In this document: one piece after another, positions 28,315 through 35,583 of the stretch
Position numbering within the stretch: position 1 is the stretch's first letter
Layout of the letters: every line of letters begins with the position of its first letter
Assembly: GCA_002503045.1 (NCBI GenBank)
Contig: DAQW01000023.1
Location: forward strand, 1 to 35,583
DNA from: Euryarchaeota archaeon UBA39
GTDB taxonomy: Archaea; Thermoplasmatota; Poseidoniia; Poseidoniales; Thalassarchaeaceae
Direction of reading: 5' to 3'
Length of the DNA: 35,583 bases
Translations under genes and position numbers: made by a program
The notes under the pieces: generated by a model
Databases searched by the model: none
Told to the model about the DNA's origin: nothing
What the model saw: the letters and a program-made list of their open reading frames with translations, nothing else

Positions 28315-29700
28315 TTATTCAGATTGCGAATTTTTGATGATCTCAAAAATACGAGAGCCAAATGATTGTTGTAACCTAAACCAATCAATTGGATCTATCC
28401 ATGCTATAATTCGAATACCTAAATCATTTACCTCTCTTTCTCGAACCATAGCCATACGTCTAATTTGAGATTCAATGGCTGCAAGAGGGCGGGCGTTTGG
28501 GGAAGAAGAGTGGGAAATTTGCATTTCAATTGGAGGGCCATGTAAGCAAGTTAGTATTTCAGAACGTAGAAGATGTATTCCTATTGATGACGACGAAGAG
28601 GTTACAATTGGATTGTCTATTCCATAGATTTTCAATGCTCTCAGTACTTCTTTGACATGATCTTCAGAACATGCGTCTGATTTAGTCAAGACAACTTGAA
28701 GTTCATATGGCTCCAAATCAATATCTGTTCTATCAAATAATTCGCGTCTCGATGTCTCAAACTTTCGAATTACTTCTGGTACTGAGTCTGAGCTATCAAG
28801 AAGAAGAAGCAAAAGGTCGCAGTCAATGCTTTCTTGCAATGTTGCTGAAAATGCATCAAGCAGATCAGATGGTATCTCATCAATAAATCCAATTGTGTCA
28901 ACCAACAATATTCGAGGGCTGAATTGCATTCTACCTACAGTAGTCTCCAATGTTGAAAAATACCTGTCTTCAACTAATACTGGTTTTCCACAAAGTGCTG
29001 CAAACAAACTAGACTTGCCAGCGTTAGTATAACCTGCCAAACCCACTGTTTTGGCGCCACTATCCTTTCTCTGTCTTTGTCTTTCTTTGATTGCTTTAGC
29101 ATATTTTTTTTGTCTATTTTTCAGTGTTTGAAGCTCACGACTTAATGCTGAAAGTGCGATATTCCAACCTGTCCTTCCTCCTGCTCCAAAACCAAGACGT
29201 TCTCCAGTAGTTTCACGATTTACTAATTCACGTAGAATATTTCGATCTGCATTCAAACGGGCAATTCTAACTTGATTTCTAGCTTCTACACTAGATGCAT
29301 GTTGTGTGAATAATTCCAACAATAATCTGACTCTATCCCATGTTTCACATTGGAGTAAATCTGTCATATTCACCAATTGTCTAGGACTCAAATTTGCATT
29401 TACAAGTATCAAATCGACTCCAAACCATGGATGGGATTCAGGTGCCATCCTAAGTTCGTCACGAATCGCTTCAAGTCTACCTCTACCAAAATGTAAACGA
29501 GGATTAGAGCGCCCCTTTTGAGATACTATCTCGGCCACTTCAATATCCATTGTTTTAGCTAGATTCAGAAATTCTGACGGATCTGATTGTCTTGTCAACA
29601 TCAATGCCTTTCTACCTGAATGGGATGTGCGTAATTCTTCAGTCAAAACACCCCCTGAACCTGCTACTAACGGTACATTGTCCCAATCGGGTTCAGTCAT
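28315..29700 (-). CDS. hflX: GTPase HflX
   Basis: LSPRQ, DRVRLLLELF...A.SVEAR.QV, GYTNAGKSSL (G1), FSTLE (G2), DTIGFI (G3), F.ATL.E and TKSD (G4). Confidence 0.93.
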   Translation of the reverse strand: MTEPDWDNVPLVAGSGGVLTEELRTSHSGRKALMLTRQSDPSEFLNLAKTMDIEVAEIVSQKGRSNPRLHFGRGRLEAIRDELRMAPESHPWFGVDLILVNANLSPRQLVNMTDLLQCETWDRVRLLLELFTQHASSVEARNQVRIARLNADRNILRELVNRETTGERLGFGAGGRTGWNIALSALSRELQTLKNRQKKYAKAIKERQRQRKDSGAKTVGLAGYTNAGKSSLFAALCGKPVLVEDRYFSTLETTVGRMQFSPRILLVDTIGFIDEIPSDLLDAFSATLQESIDCDLLLLLLDSSDSVPEVIRKFETSRRELFDRTDIDLEPYELQVVLTKSDACSEDHVKEVLRALKIYGIDNPIVTSSSSSIGIHLLRSEILTCLHGPPIEMQISHSSSPNARPLAAIESQIRRMAMVREREVNDLGIRIIAWIDPIDWFRLQQSFGSRIFEIIKNSQSE

Positions 29701-30692
29701 ATTTCTACACATCCTGCTGCTTCCAATATTCTCTGATCTAAACGAGAAATTGGGACGCTTGCTGAAGAAATCCCACCTTTCAAAACATCAATTTTCCAAA
29801 CTTGGATATGAAAATCTCGGTGACTAAATGCATGATGAATCTCACCAACTCTTTCAGGTGATCCGATCTTATAATCCGAACATAATTCTTGGAGGCCATT
29901 TGGATCCTCAGTAATTGGAACCCCCCATAATCCACCTAATTGTGGGCCATCTCTTTGGGATAATACTACTCCTTCGGGTGATGAAATCACTAATGCATGG
30001 CCATTTATTTTCTTTGATTTTCTACGTTTAGGTGCGGGATATTTTGTTGGGTTTTCTGTTAACTTTGCCTTACAGGTTGAAGAAATCGGACATTCTCCAC
30101 ACTTTGGTGCCCTTGCTGTACAAACAGTAGCACCAAGTTCCATTATAGCTTGATTCCAATCACCTGGACGTTTTTCTTCAAGGCAGACATTAGCCCATTT
30201 TTGTACTTCAGGAGGGGTTGGATTTTCGATTGCATTTAGTCTAGAATATACGCGCTTAACATTGCCGTCAACTACTGCAACCGGAATACCAAAAGAAATA
30301 GATGAAATGGCTGCTGAAGTGTATGGACCTATACCTGGAAGTTTCTCTAATTCTTTAGGATCAGAAGGAATAATTGGTGGGTCTCGAGAAGCTATTACAG
30401 TTGATAATTTATACAAATTTCTTGCTCTCGCATAATATCCACAACCTTGCCACAATAGCATAACTTCTTCTAATGAGGAAATAGACATATCATGAACTGT
30501 TGGAAAACGTTTGATCATTCTCTTCCAATATTCAATTCCTACTTCCATCCTTGTCTGTTGAAGGATGAATTCAGAAAGTAAAACAGGCCACGGCTCAGGG
30601 TTTTTCCTCCATGGAAGAGGTCTCGCATTTTGATCATACCAATGAAGGAGGCGGGGTTTAGAGGGGTAACCCTGCCCTTCCATAAGGGCCAA
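29697..30692 (-). CDS. mutY: A/G-specific adenine glycosylase
   Basis: RPLPWR, SEFILQQT, WQGCGYYARARNL, HhH LPGIGPYT, VDGNV.RV, and NQAIMELGATVC...C..CP....C Fe-S motif. Confidence 0.96.
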   Translation of the reverse strand: MALMEGQGYPSKPRLLHWYDQNARPLPWRKNPEPWPVLLSEFILQQTRMEVGIEYWKRMIKRFPTVHDMSISSLEEVMLLWQGCGYYARARNLYKLSTVIASRDPPIIPSDPKELEKLPGIGPYTSAAISSISFGIPVAVVDGNVKRVYSRLNAIENPTPPEVQKWANVCLEEKRPGDWNQAIMELGATVCTARAPKCGECPISSTCKAKLTENPTKYPAPKRRKSKKINGHALVISSPEGVVLSQRDGPQLGGLWGVPITEDPNGLQELCSDYKIGSPERVGEIHHAFSHRDFHIQVWKIDVLKGGISSASVPISRLDQRILEAAGCVEI

Positions 30693-30735
30693 TTATGTCG
30701 GAGCATCCTTATGGGTTATCCATAATTGAAAACCA

Positions 30736-30966
30736 ATGAAGTCCCATGAAGCAGTATTGACTTGGGCGGGAAATACTGACGAATTAGAAATACTCAGAGC
30801 CTCAATTGAAATTGATGACCCTGATTCATTTGAAATAATTATGAAAAATAACCAGATGGAAATACATGTTCATTCAACTTCTCTCAGAAGTTTAAGAAGT
30901 ACTGTTGATGATATATTGGCATGTCTAGCAGCAGCTGAATCAGCACTGAAACAAATGAATGAATGA
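30736..30966 (+). CDS. pcc1: KEOPS complex subunit Pcc1
   Basis: 76 aa with I.V.STSLRSLRSTVDDIL..L..AE, matching the Pcc1 C-terminal pattern. Confidence 0.75.
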   Translation: MKSHEAVLTWAGNTDELEILRASIEIDDPDSFEIIMKNNQMEIHVHSTSLRSLRSTVDDILACLAAAESALKQMNE

Positions 30967-31017
30967 ATAAACAATCATTCGGAATCATTCAAAGATGAAA
31001 GCGGGGTCGTAGGTCCG

Positions 31018-32049
31018 GTGACAGACACCGATTCCACAGTGACGGACTCCTCTGAGTCCGGGGACCTCTCGACCACAGCCGAGAAGGTTCGACTACCGCA
31101 CGACCAGAGTGGAATGCTATGGTTTGAAGATCAACCAACAACTCTTTTCCTTGAAAGTATTGATCGTTGGACGAATACATTGCTAGAAGATGATGGTTTC
31201 AAACCTGTAGGGCCATCAAAGCTTACTGTAAGATCACGAGTGATAACTAAAGAGGCTGGAACACTATGTGGCGTTCATGTCATTAATCGTATGCTAGATG
31301 TTCACCTACCTCATATTAAACGTGCATGGCAAGCTAGAGAAGGTGGCCATTTCCAATCAGGAGATGTAATTCTAATTTTGGATGGTACTCCTCGGGATAT
31401 CTTATCAGTTGAACGAATTATATTGAATATCTTAGGGAGACTTTCGGGGATTTCTACCTTAACTGAACAATGGACAAAAGCACTCAATGGAATGAAAGTA
31501 GCATCTACAAGAAAAACATCTTGGGGTATTTTGGATAAATGGGCCGTTCATGTTGGAGGGGGTTTGACCCATAGACTTCGGAAAGGCGATGCAGCAATGA
31601 TCAAAGAAAACGATCAAATTGCACTAAGAGAGGGGGATGAAAGCCGATCTAAAGAAACGATGAAACGATGGGTTAAGACTACTGATTTCAATTGGCATGG
31701 AACATTTACTGTTGTGGAAGTCGATACGATTTCTCTAGCATTAACCGTTGCAAAATCATGGTGTAATCGAATGATGGAAACAAATGAAAATCGACCTCTT
31801 GTGATTATGTTGGATAATATGGGGCCTACAAGAACTAAAGAGGCTGTAATGGATTTGAAAAGTCATGGGTATAATGAATGGATTTACACAGAAGCTAGTG
31901 GGAATGTGAAATTTGATGATTTGGAAGAGTGGAAATCTACAGGTGTTGATGTGATTTCTACAAGTCAACTCAATATGGGAGTACCATCGATTGATATGAG
32001 TATGTTATTAGATGACGATGGAATTAGAGAACTCATCTCTCAAAACTAA
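31018..32049 (+). CDS. nadC: Nicotinate-nucleotide pyrophosphorylase (quinolinate phosphoribosyltransferase)
   Basis: LEDD, ER..LN...LSGIST, STRKT, HR..L.D..MIKEN, VEVD, IMLDNM, EASG and GVDVIS motifs. Start uncertain (GTG 31018 or ATG 31114). Confidence 0.92.
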   Translation: MTDTDSTVTDSSESGDLSTTAEKVRLPHDQSGMLWFEDQPTTLFLESIDRWTNTLLEDDGFKPVGPSKLTVRSRVITKEAGTLCGVHVINRMLDVHLPHIKRAWQAREGGHFQSGDVILILDGTPRDILSVERIILNILGRLSGISTLTEQWTKALNGMKVASTRKTSWGILDKWAVHVGGGLTHRLRKGDAAMIKENDQIALREGDESRSKETMKRWVKTTDFNWHGTFTVVEVDTISLALTVAKSWCNRMMETNENRPLVIMLDNMGPTRTKEAVMDLKSHGYNEWIYTEASGNVKFDDLEEWKSTGVDVISTSQLNMGVPSIDMSMLLDDDGIRELISQN

Positions 32050-32071
32050 TCTAAACAATTGAGGAGCAAAC

Positions 32072-32836
32072 ATGGGCGATATCCCTGAATCACACCCTAG
32101 GAGGGATTCATTGTTATCTAGACAGAAAATGGTTGAAGCAGCATCTAAAGGAATGTTGGCTGATTCAGCGTTGATTGCCCACGGGAGAGGAGAAGCGTTC
32201 GATTACCTATTAGGCGAGAAGACATGTAGTGCTGCTAGATTGGCTATTTCTGAAACAGCAGCTAGACTACAAGCAGCTGAAAAATGTGTAATTTCAGTCA
32301 ATGGAAATACGGTTGCACTTGCTGGAACTCAATTAATTGCCTGTGCTGCTGTTCTGAATTGCCCTATTGAAGTAAACATCTACTATCGAACCCCAGAAAG
32401 AATGGAGATTTTACTTTCAACACTTGAAAAGCAGCAGCAACAAGCTATAGCATTATATCCCAAAATTAAAGAAAAAATTTCTCGAGTAAACCTACTGGGA
32501 GGTAATCCAGATAGTCGAATACCTAATCTTGAGGGGCCACGTGCAAACTGTCATTCAGATGGAATTTTATCTGCAGACACCATTCTTGTTCCTTTAGAGG
32601 ATGGTGATCGGTGTGAAGCGCTCATTGCTATGGGAAAAACAGTATGTGTAATCGATTTGAATCCATTATCTAGAACTGCACAAATGGCAAGCGTTACAAT
32701 CGTAGATGAATTATCACGATGTGTTCAAATTCTTTTTGAATTATTAGAAAAAGGAACAGAACAAATAGATATTAATTGGGATAACAAGAAAAATTTAGAC
32801 CAAGCCATACAAGAAATCTTACAAAATTTCAATTAA
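32072..32836 (+). CDS. pps: Archaeal 4-phosphopantoate--beta-alanine ligase (phosphopantothenate synthetase, DUF137)
   Basis: IPESHPR, IAHGRGEAFDYLLGEKT, ISVNGN, VPLEDGDR and IDLNPLSRT. Confidence 0.96.
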   Translation: MGDIPESHPRRDSLLSRQKMVEAASKGMLADSALIAHGRGEAFDYLLGEKTCSAARLAISETAARLQAAEKCVISVNGNTVALAGTQLIACAAVLNCPIEVNIYYRTPERMEILLSTLEKQQQQAIALYPKIKEKISRVNLLGGNPDSRIPNLEGPRANCHSDGILSADTILVPLEDGDRCEALIAMGKTVCVIDLNPLSRTAQMASVTIVDELSRCVQILFELLEKGTEQIDINWDNKKNLDQAIQEILQNFN

Positions 32837-34030
32837 TCAAACCGAAGAATAATGTAAACTGAGTTTTTCTGATACTAATTGACACAATGCTGATGAAACC
32901 TCAGATGTGGATGCAGAACCACCTAAATCATAGGTAAGTGGTTCTCCGATTGCAATCAAATCTTCGATGGCTGATTCGACAATTTGTGATGCCAAAGTAG
33001 CATCTTCATCCTCTTTTCGTCGACCCAACCACTCAAGCATTAATTGGACAGAACTCATCATTGCAATCGGGTTAACTTGGCCTTGACCTGCTCTTTTAGG
33101 AGTAGAACCGTGAACTGGTTCAAACAACATATGTTGATCTCCAATATTTGCACTTGCAGCCATCCCCATTCCACCTTGAAGTGAACTGGCAAGATCAGTT
33201 ACAATGTCGCCAAACATGTTTGGAACGACCACTACATCATAGAATTCCGGCTGTCGAACAAGCCACATTGTAAATGCATCAATATATGCTTCATCTGTCT
33301 CAATATCAGGATATTCAGTTGAAATTTCATGGTATATTTTTCTAAAAAGTTGGCAGCCTCGAGTAACATTACTTTTGTCAATACAACTCACTCTAGTTGT
33401 TCCATCTGAGGGGCATCCAGAACGTTGTAATGCAAGTTCAAATGCAAAGCGAATTACACGTTCAGAACCAACTCGAGAAATTGGACGGGGGTCCCAAGCA
33501 AATTCTCCTTCTACTCCTGGAATAGAGATATCTGGAATCCCAGAATATTCTTCCCCACGGGCCAAATGAGCCGAACGAGAAAGTAATGGCTGATACAATC
33601 CCTCGGTATTTTCCCTTATGATGCTCATATCAATTAATCCAGGGGTCCAAACTTGTTTGAATTCACCATGAATTTTATGTCGAATTCCTTTGTACAATTT
33701 TATTGGTCGGACATTGGCATACAAATCTAGACCTGAGCGTAACCCTAGAATGACCTGCCCACCCGCAAGATCACCATTTGGCTTAACTGCTCCAGGCCAA
33801 CCAATAGCTCCAAGAAGAATTGCATCAGATTGATCTCTGCAATGTTCAAAAGATCCGGATGGCCATTCTTCACCGGTTTCAAGATAATATTGTCCGCCAC
33901 AAGGAATTTCGGTAATATCAAATGACAAAGGCGAATACTGTTCCACTGTTTTCAGAAGTTTGAGAGCTTCTGCAGTGACCTCTCTGCCCGTTCCATCGCC
34001 CGGCAAAACTGTGATGCGATGCTTGGACAT
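32837..34030 (-). CDS. Isocitrate/isopropylmalate dehydrogenase family protein (LeuB/tartrate dehydrogenase-like)
   Basis: LPGDGTG.EV, LR..LDLYANVRP, RENTEG.Y, DKSNV, NMFGDI.TD, FEPVHGS.P and TYDLGG; substrate not determinable from sequence. Confidence 0.93.
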   Translation of the reverse strand: MSKHRITVLPGDGTGREVTAEALKLLKTVEQYSPLSFDITEIPCGGQYYLETGEEWPSGSFEHCRDQSDAILLGAIGWPGAVKPNGDLAGGQVILGLRSGLDLYANVRPIKLYKGIRHKIHGEFKQVWTPGLIDMSIIRENTEGLYQPLLSRSAHLARGEEYSGIPDISIPGVEGEFAWDPRPISRVGSERVIRFAFELALQRSGCPSDGTTRVSCIDKSNVTRGCQLFRKIYHEISTEYPDIETDEAYIDAFTMWLVRQPEFYDVVVVPNMFGDIVTDLASSLQGGMGMAASANIGDQHMLFEPVHGSTPKRAGQGQVNPIAMMSSVQLMLEWLGRRKEDEDATLASQIVESAIEDLIAIGEPLTYDLGGSASTSEVSSALCQLVSEKLSLHYSSV

Positions 34031-34110
34031 GGCTTTGCCAATCGGTAATCATTCATCAATACGCCTGTCTAACTGTTAAAGAAGCAAAATAGGGGAATCG
34101 TTCATAGACG

Positions 34111-34121
34111 GGGGTGAGGAG
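34111..34121 (+). promoter_or_regulatory. Shine-Dalgarno-like sequence
   Basis: GGGGTGAGGAG lies just upstream of TTG 34126 and ATG 34132. Confidence 0.5.
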
Positions 34122-34131
34122 TTAGTTGGCT

Positions 34132-34731
34132 ATGGATGAACTGGGGTCATCTGAGGATTCGTCCAAAATACGTATTGACCCTGACTCATTACCAATTGAA
34201 GTAAGAGAATTATGGGAGAATATGCTTCGTATTGACCCATCATGGAATTTACATGATTGGTTAGTTCAATGCGCCAATCAAGAAATGGAACTACTTGTAT
34301 CAAAACTCAATGATGAGCAATTAAAATTAGAACATCGAAAACATCGAATTGAACGATTGATGGAACGGGTTGAAAGACAAAGAAATGGTTCTAATCGGAT
34401 TAATGACCCCCACCAAAAGAATTTGTTTGATGCATATACGCAACCAAAATCAGAAGTGGATACAAAAATTGTAATTGTTCAATCCGAAGAATTGGTTCCG
34501 TCTGAGGATATTGATGCTGTTGATGATGATCCGATATTACGAATTTGTTGTGAACATATTCTACAAGAAATGGAAGAGTCACAAGATGCTGTTCTTCATG
34601 AAGATGAAATGATGGATATGTGCTCTTTACTTGGCTTTGATGCAAAAGAAGTAGAGGAAGCGATTGAACATCTATCCTCCACGAATCAAATTGTGCACCT
34701 TGGTGATGGCCTCTACGGCTTTGCAGATTAA
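34132..34731 (+). CDS. Hypothetical protein with coiled coil and C-terminal winged-helix-like domain
   Basis: Heptad-like LEHRKHRIERLMERVERQR; C-terminal EVEEAIEHL...QIV...DGLY pattern; SD-like site upstream. Confidence 0.75.
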   Translation: MDELGSSEDSSKIRIDPDSLPIEVRELWENMLRIDPSWNLHDWLVQCANQEMELLVSKLNDEQLKLEHRKHRIERLMERVERQRNGSNRINDPHQKNLFDAYTQPKSEVDTKIVIVQSEELVPSEDIDAVDDDPILRICCEHILQEMEESQDAVLHEDEMMDMCSLLGFDAKEVEEAIEHLSSTNQIVHLGDGLYGFAD

Positions 34732-34791
34732 TGGGGCCCGGGGTTTCCCCATCGATCCATCATATAGTTTGGCAACCAAGATAAGGTTGAG

Positions 34792-35559
34792 ATGCCCCGT
34801 TCAATCGCAATAATTCTTGGTTTATCCGCAGCTTACTACCTTTGGTCACATTGGCCCGCACCAATTCCAACAATTACGACAGGAATAATCGTAATGATTC
34901 TGGTTGATGCACCATATAATGCTTCAAATCACAGAAGATACAAAGATTTGTGTCTTGAACGAACAAGAAATGTTCAGCAGTTATCTAATGAACTAAGAGA
35001 TGCTCGTAAGCATTTAGATAAATTAAATCAATTTTCAATAGGGCTAGAAGATGAATTGGCAAGAAGAGATGCAATTGGGGCACCTGAAGCAAGAAAGTTA
35101 CTGGATGAACAAAGAAGAGCTTTGGCAATTCAAGAAGGTGCGATGAAAGAAACTATGAGGGCAATCGACAAACAAAATCAAATGATGGTGAAAAATCAAG
35201 AATTGTTAGATGGAATTCGACAATCTCAAGGGTTTGAGACAGAGAGATGGAATCAAATGATGGCGATGATTGAAGTATTGATGAATGGACAGGCAAGAAG
35301 AAGCGAAAATACCCGGGCTCAAGCTATGGAAGATGCAAGAAGAGTCAATCAAGAAGTCATAGATAATAATCGATCAGTCCAAGGAATGCTCAGTAACTTA
35401 TTATCAGATATTGCGAGATTACCAAGGCATCAAACAATCTCTGTTGCAGATTCTGTTTTGGTTTCTGATTCAAAGAACAAAGATTCAATCACATTACCTA
35501 ATTTACCGAAAAATATCGCTGACTCATGGGTCCGAGCACTTGAAGAAGACATGCAATAA
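34792..35559 (+). CDS. Membrane-anchored long coiled-coil protein of unknown function
   Basis: Two N-terminal hydrophobic segments, then about 150 aa of Q/E/R/M-rich helical sequence. Confidence 0.8.
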   Translation: MPRSIAIILGLSAAYYLWSHWPAPIPTITTGIIVMILVDAPYNASNHRRYKDLCLERTRNVQQLSNELRDARKHLDKLNQFSIGLEDELARRDAIGAPEARKLLDEQRRALAIQEGAMKETMRAIDKQNQMMVKNQELLDGIRQSQGFETERWNQMMAMIEVLMNGQARRSENTRAQAMEDARRVNQEVIDNNRSVQGMLSNLLSDIARLPRHQTISVADSVLVSDSKNKDSITLPNLPKNIADSWVRALEEDMQ

Positions 35560-35583
35560 TTGTAAACCATGCAATCTGGTGAA

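Noticed and set aside
650-34645. Numerous short antisense/overlapping ORFs in the six-frame track (e.g. 914-1354, 8974-9408, 16874-17278, 18935-19429)
   Set aside because: They lie within well-supported genes, have shadow-ORF composition, and show no recognisable motifs.

Overview
Gene-dense archaeal chromosomal segment, roughly 38% GC by eye. Archaeal informational and cofactor genes (PolD DP2, primase PriL, KEOPS Pcc1, phosphopantothenate synthetase, MptE, DUF373) are mixed with bacterial-type genes (ferrochelatase, FumC, small topoisomerase IB, MutY, cyclophilin, an mPGES-2-like GST) and lipoproteins. This suggests a marine Thermoplasmatota, probably Marine Group II/Poseidoniales (inference). 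About 28 CDS are supported. No tRNA, rRNA, CRISPR, transposase or intein was seen. The standout is the only large non-genic interval (9518-10190). It holds a ~430-nt element (about 9634-10062; hand count 53% GC, 33% A, 14% T) that folds by eye on the + strand into a closed multi-branched RNA with GCAA tetraloops, G-U pairs, long-range closing stems and a pseudoknot. It lacks the signatures of RNase P, SRP, tmRNA and self-splicing introns, so it is a candidate undescribed large archaeal ncRNA. Secondary points are a structured leader on nadC, a bacterial/poxvirus-type TopoIB, a PiT-DUF47 fusion, a [2Fe-2S]-type ferrochelatase near a degenerate ferritin, DP2 insertions, and convergent genes whose stop codons abut exactly. 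All calls come from motif recognition and manual base pairing, not database searches.
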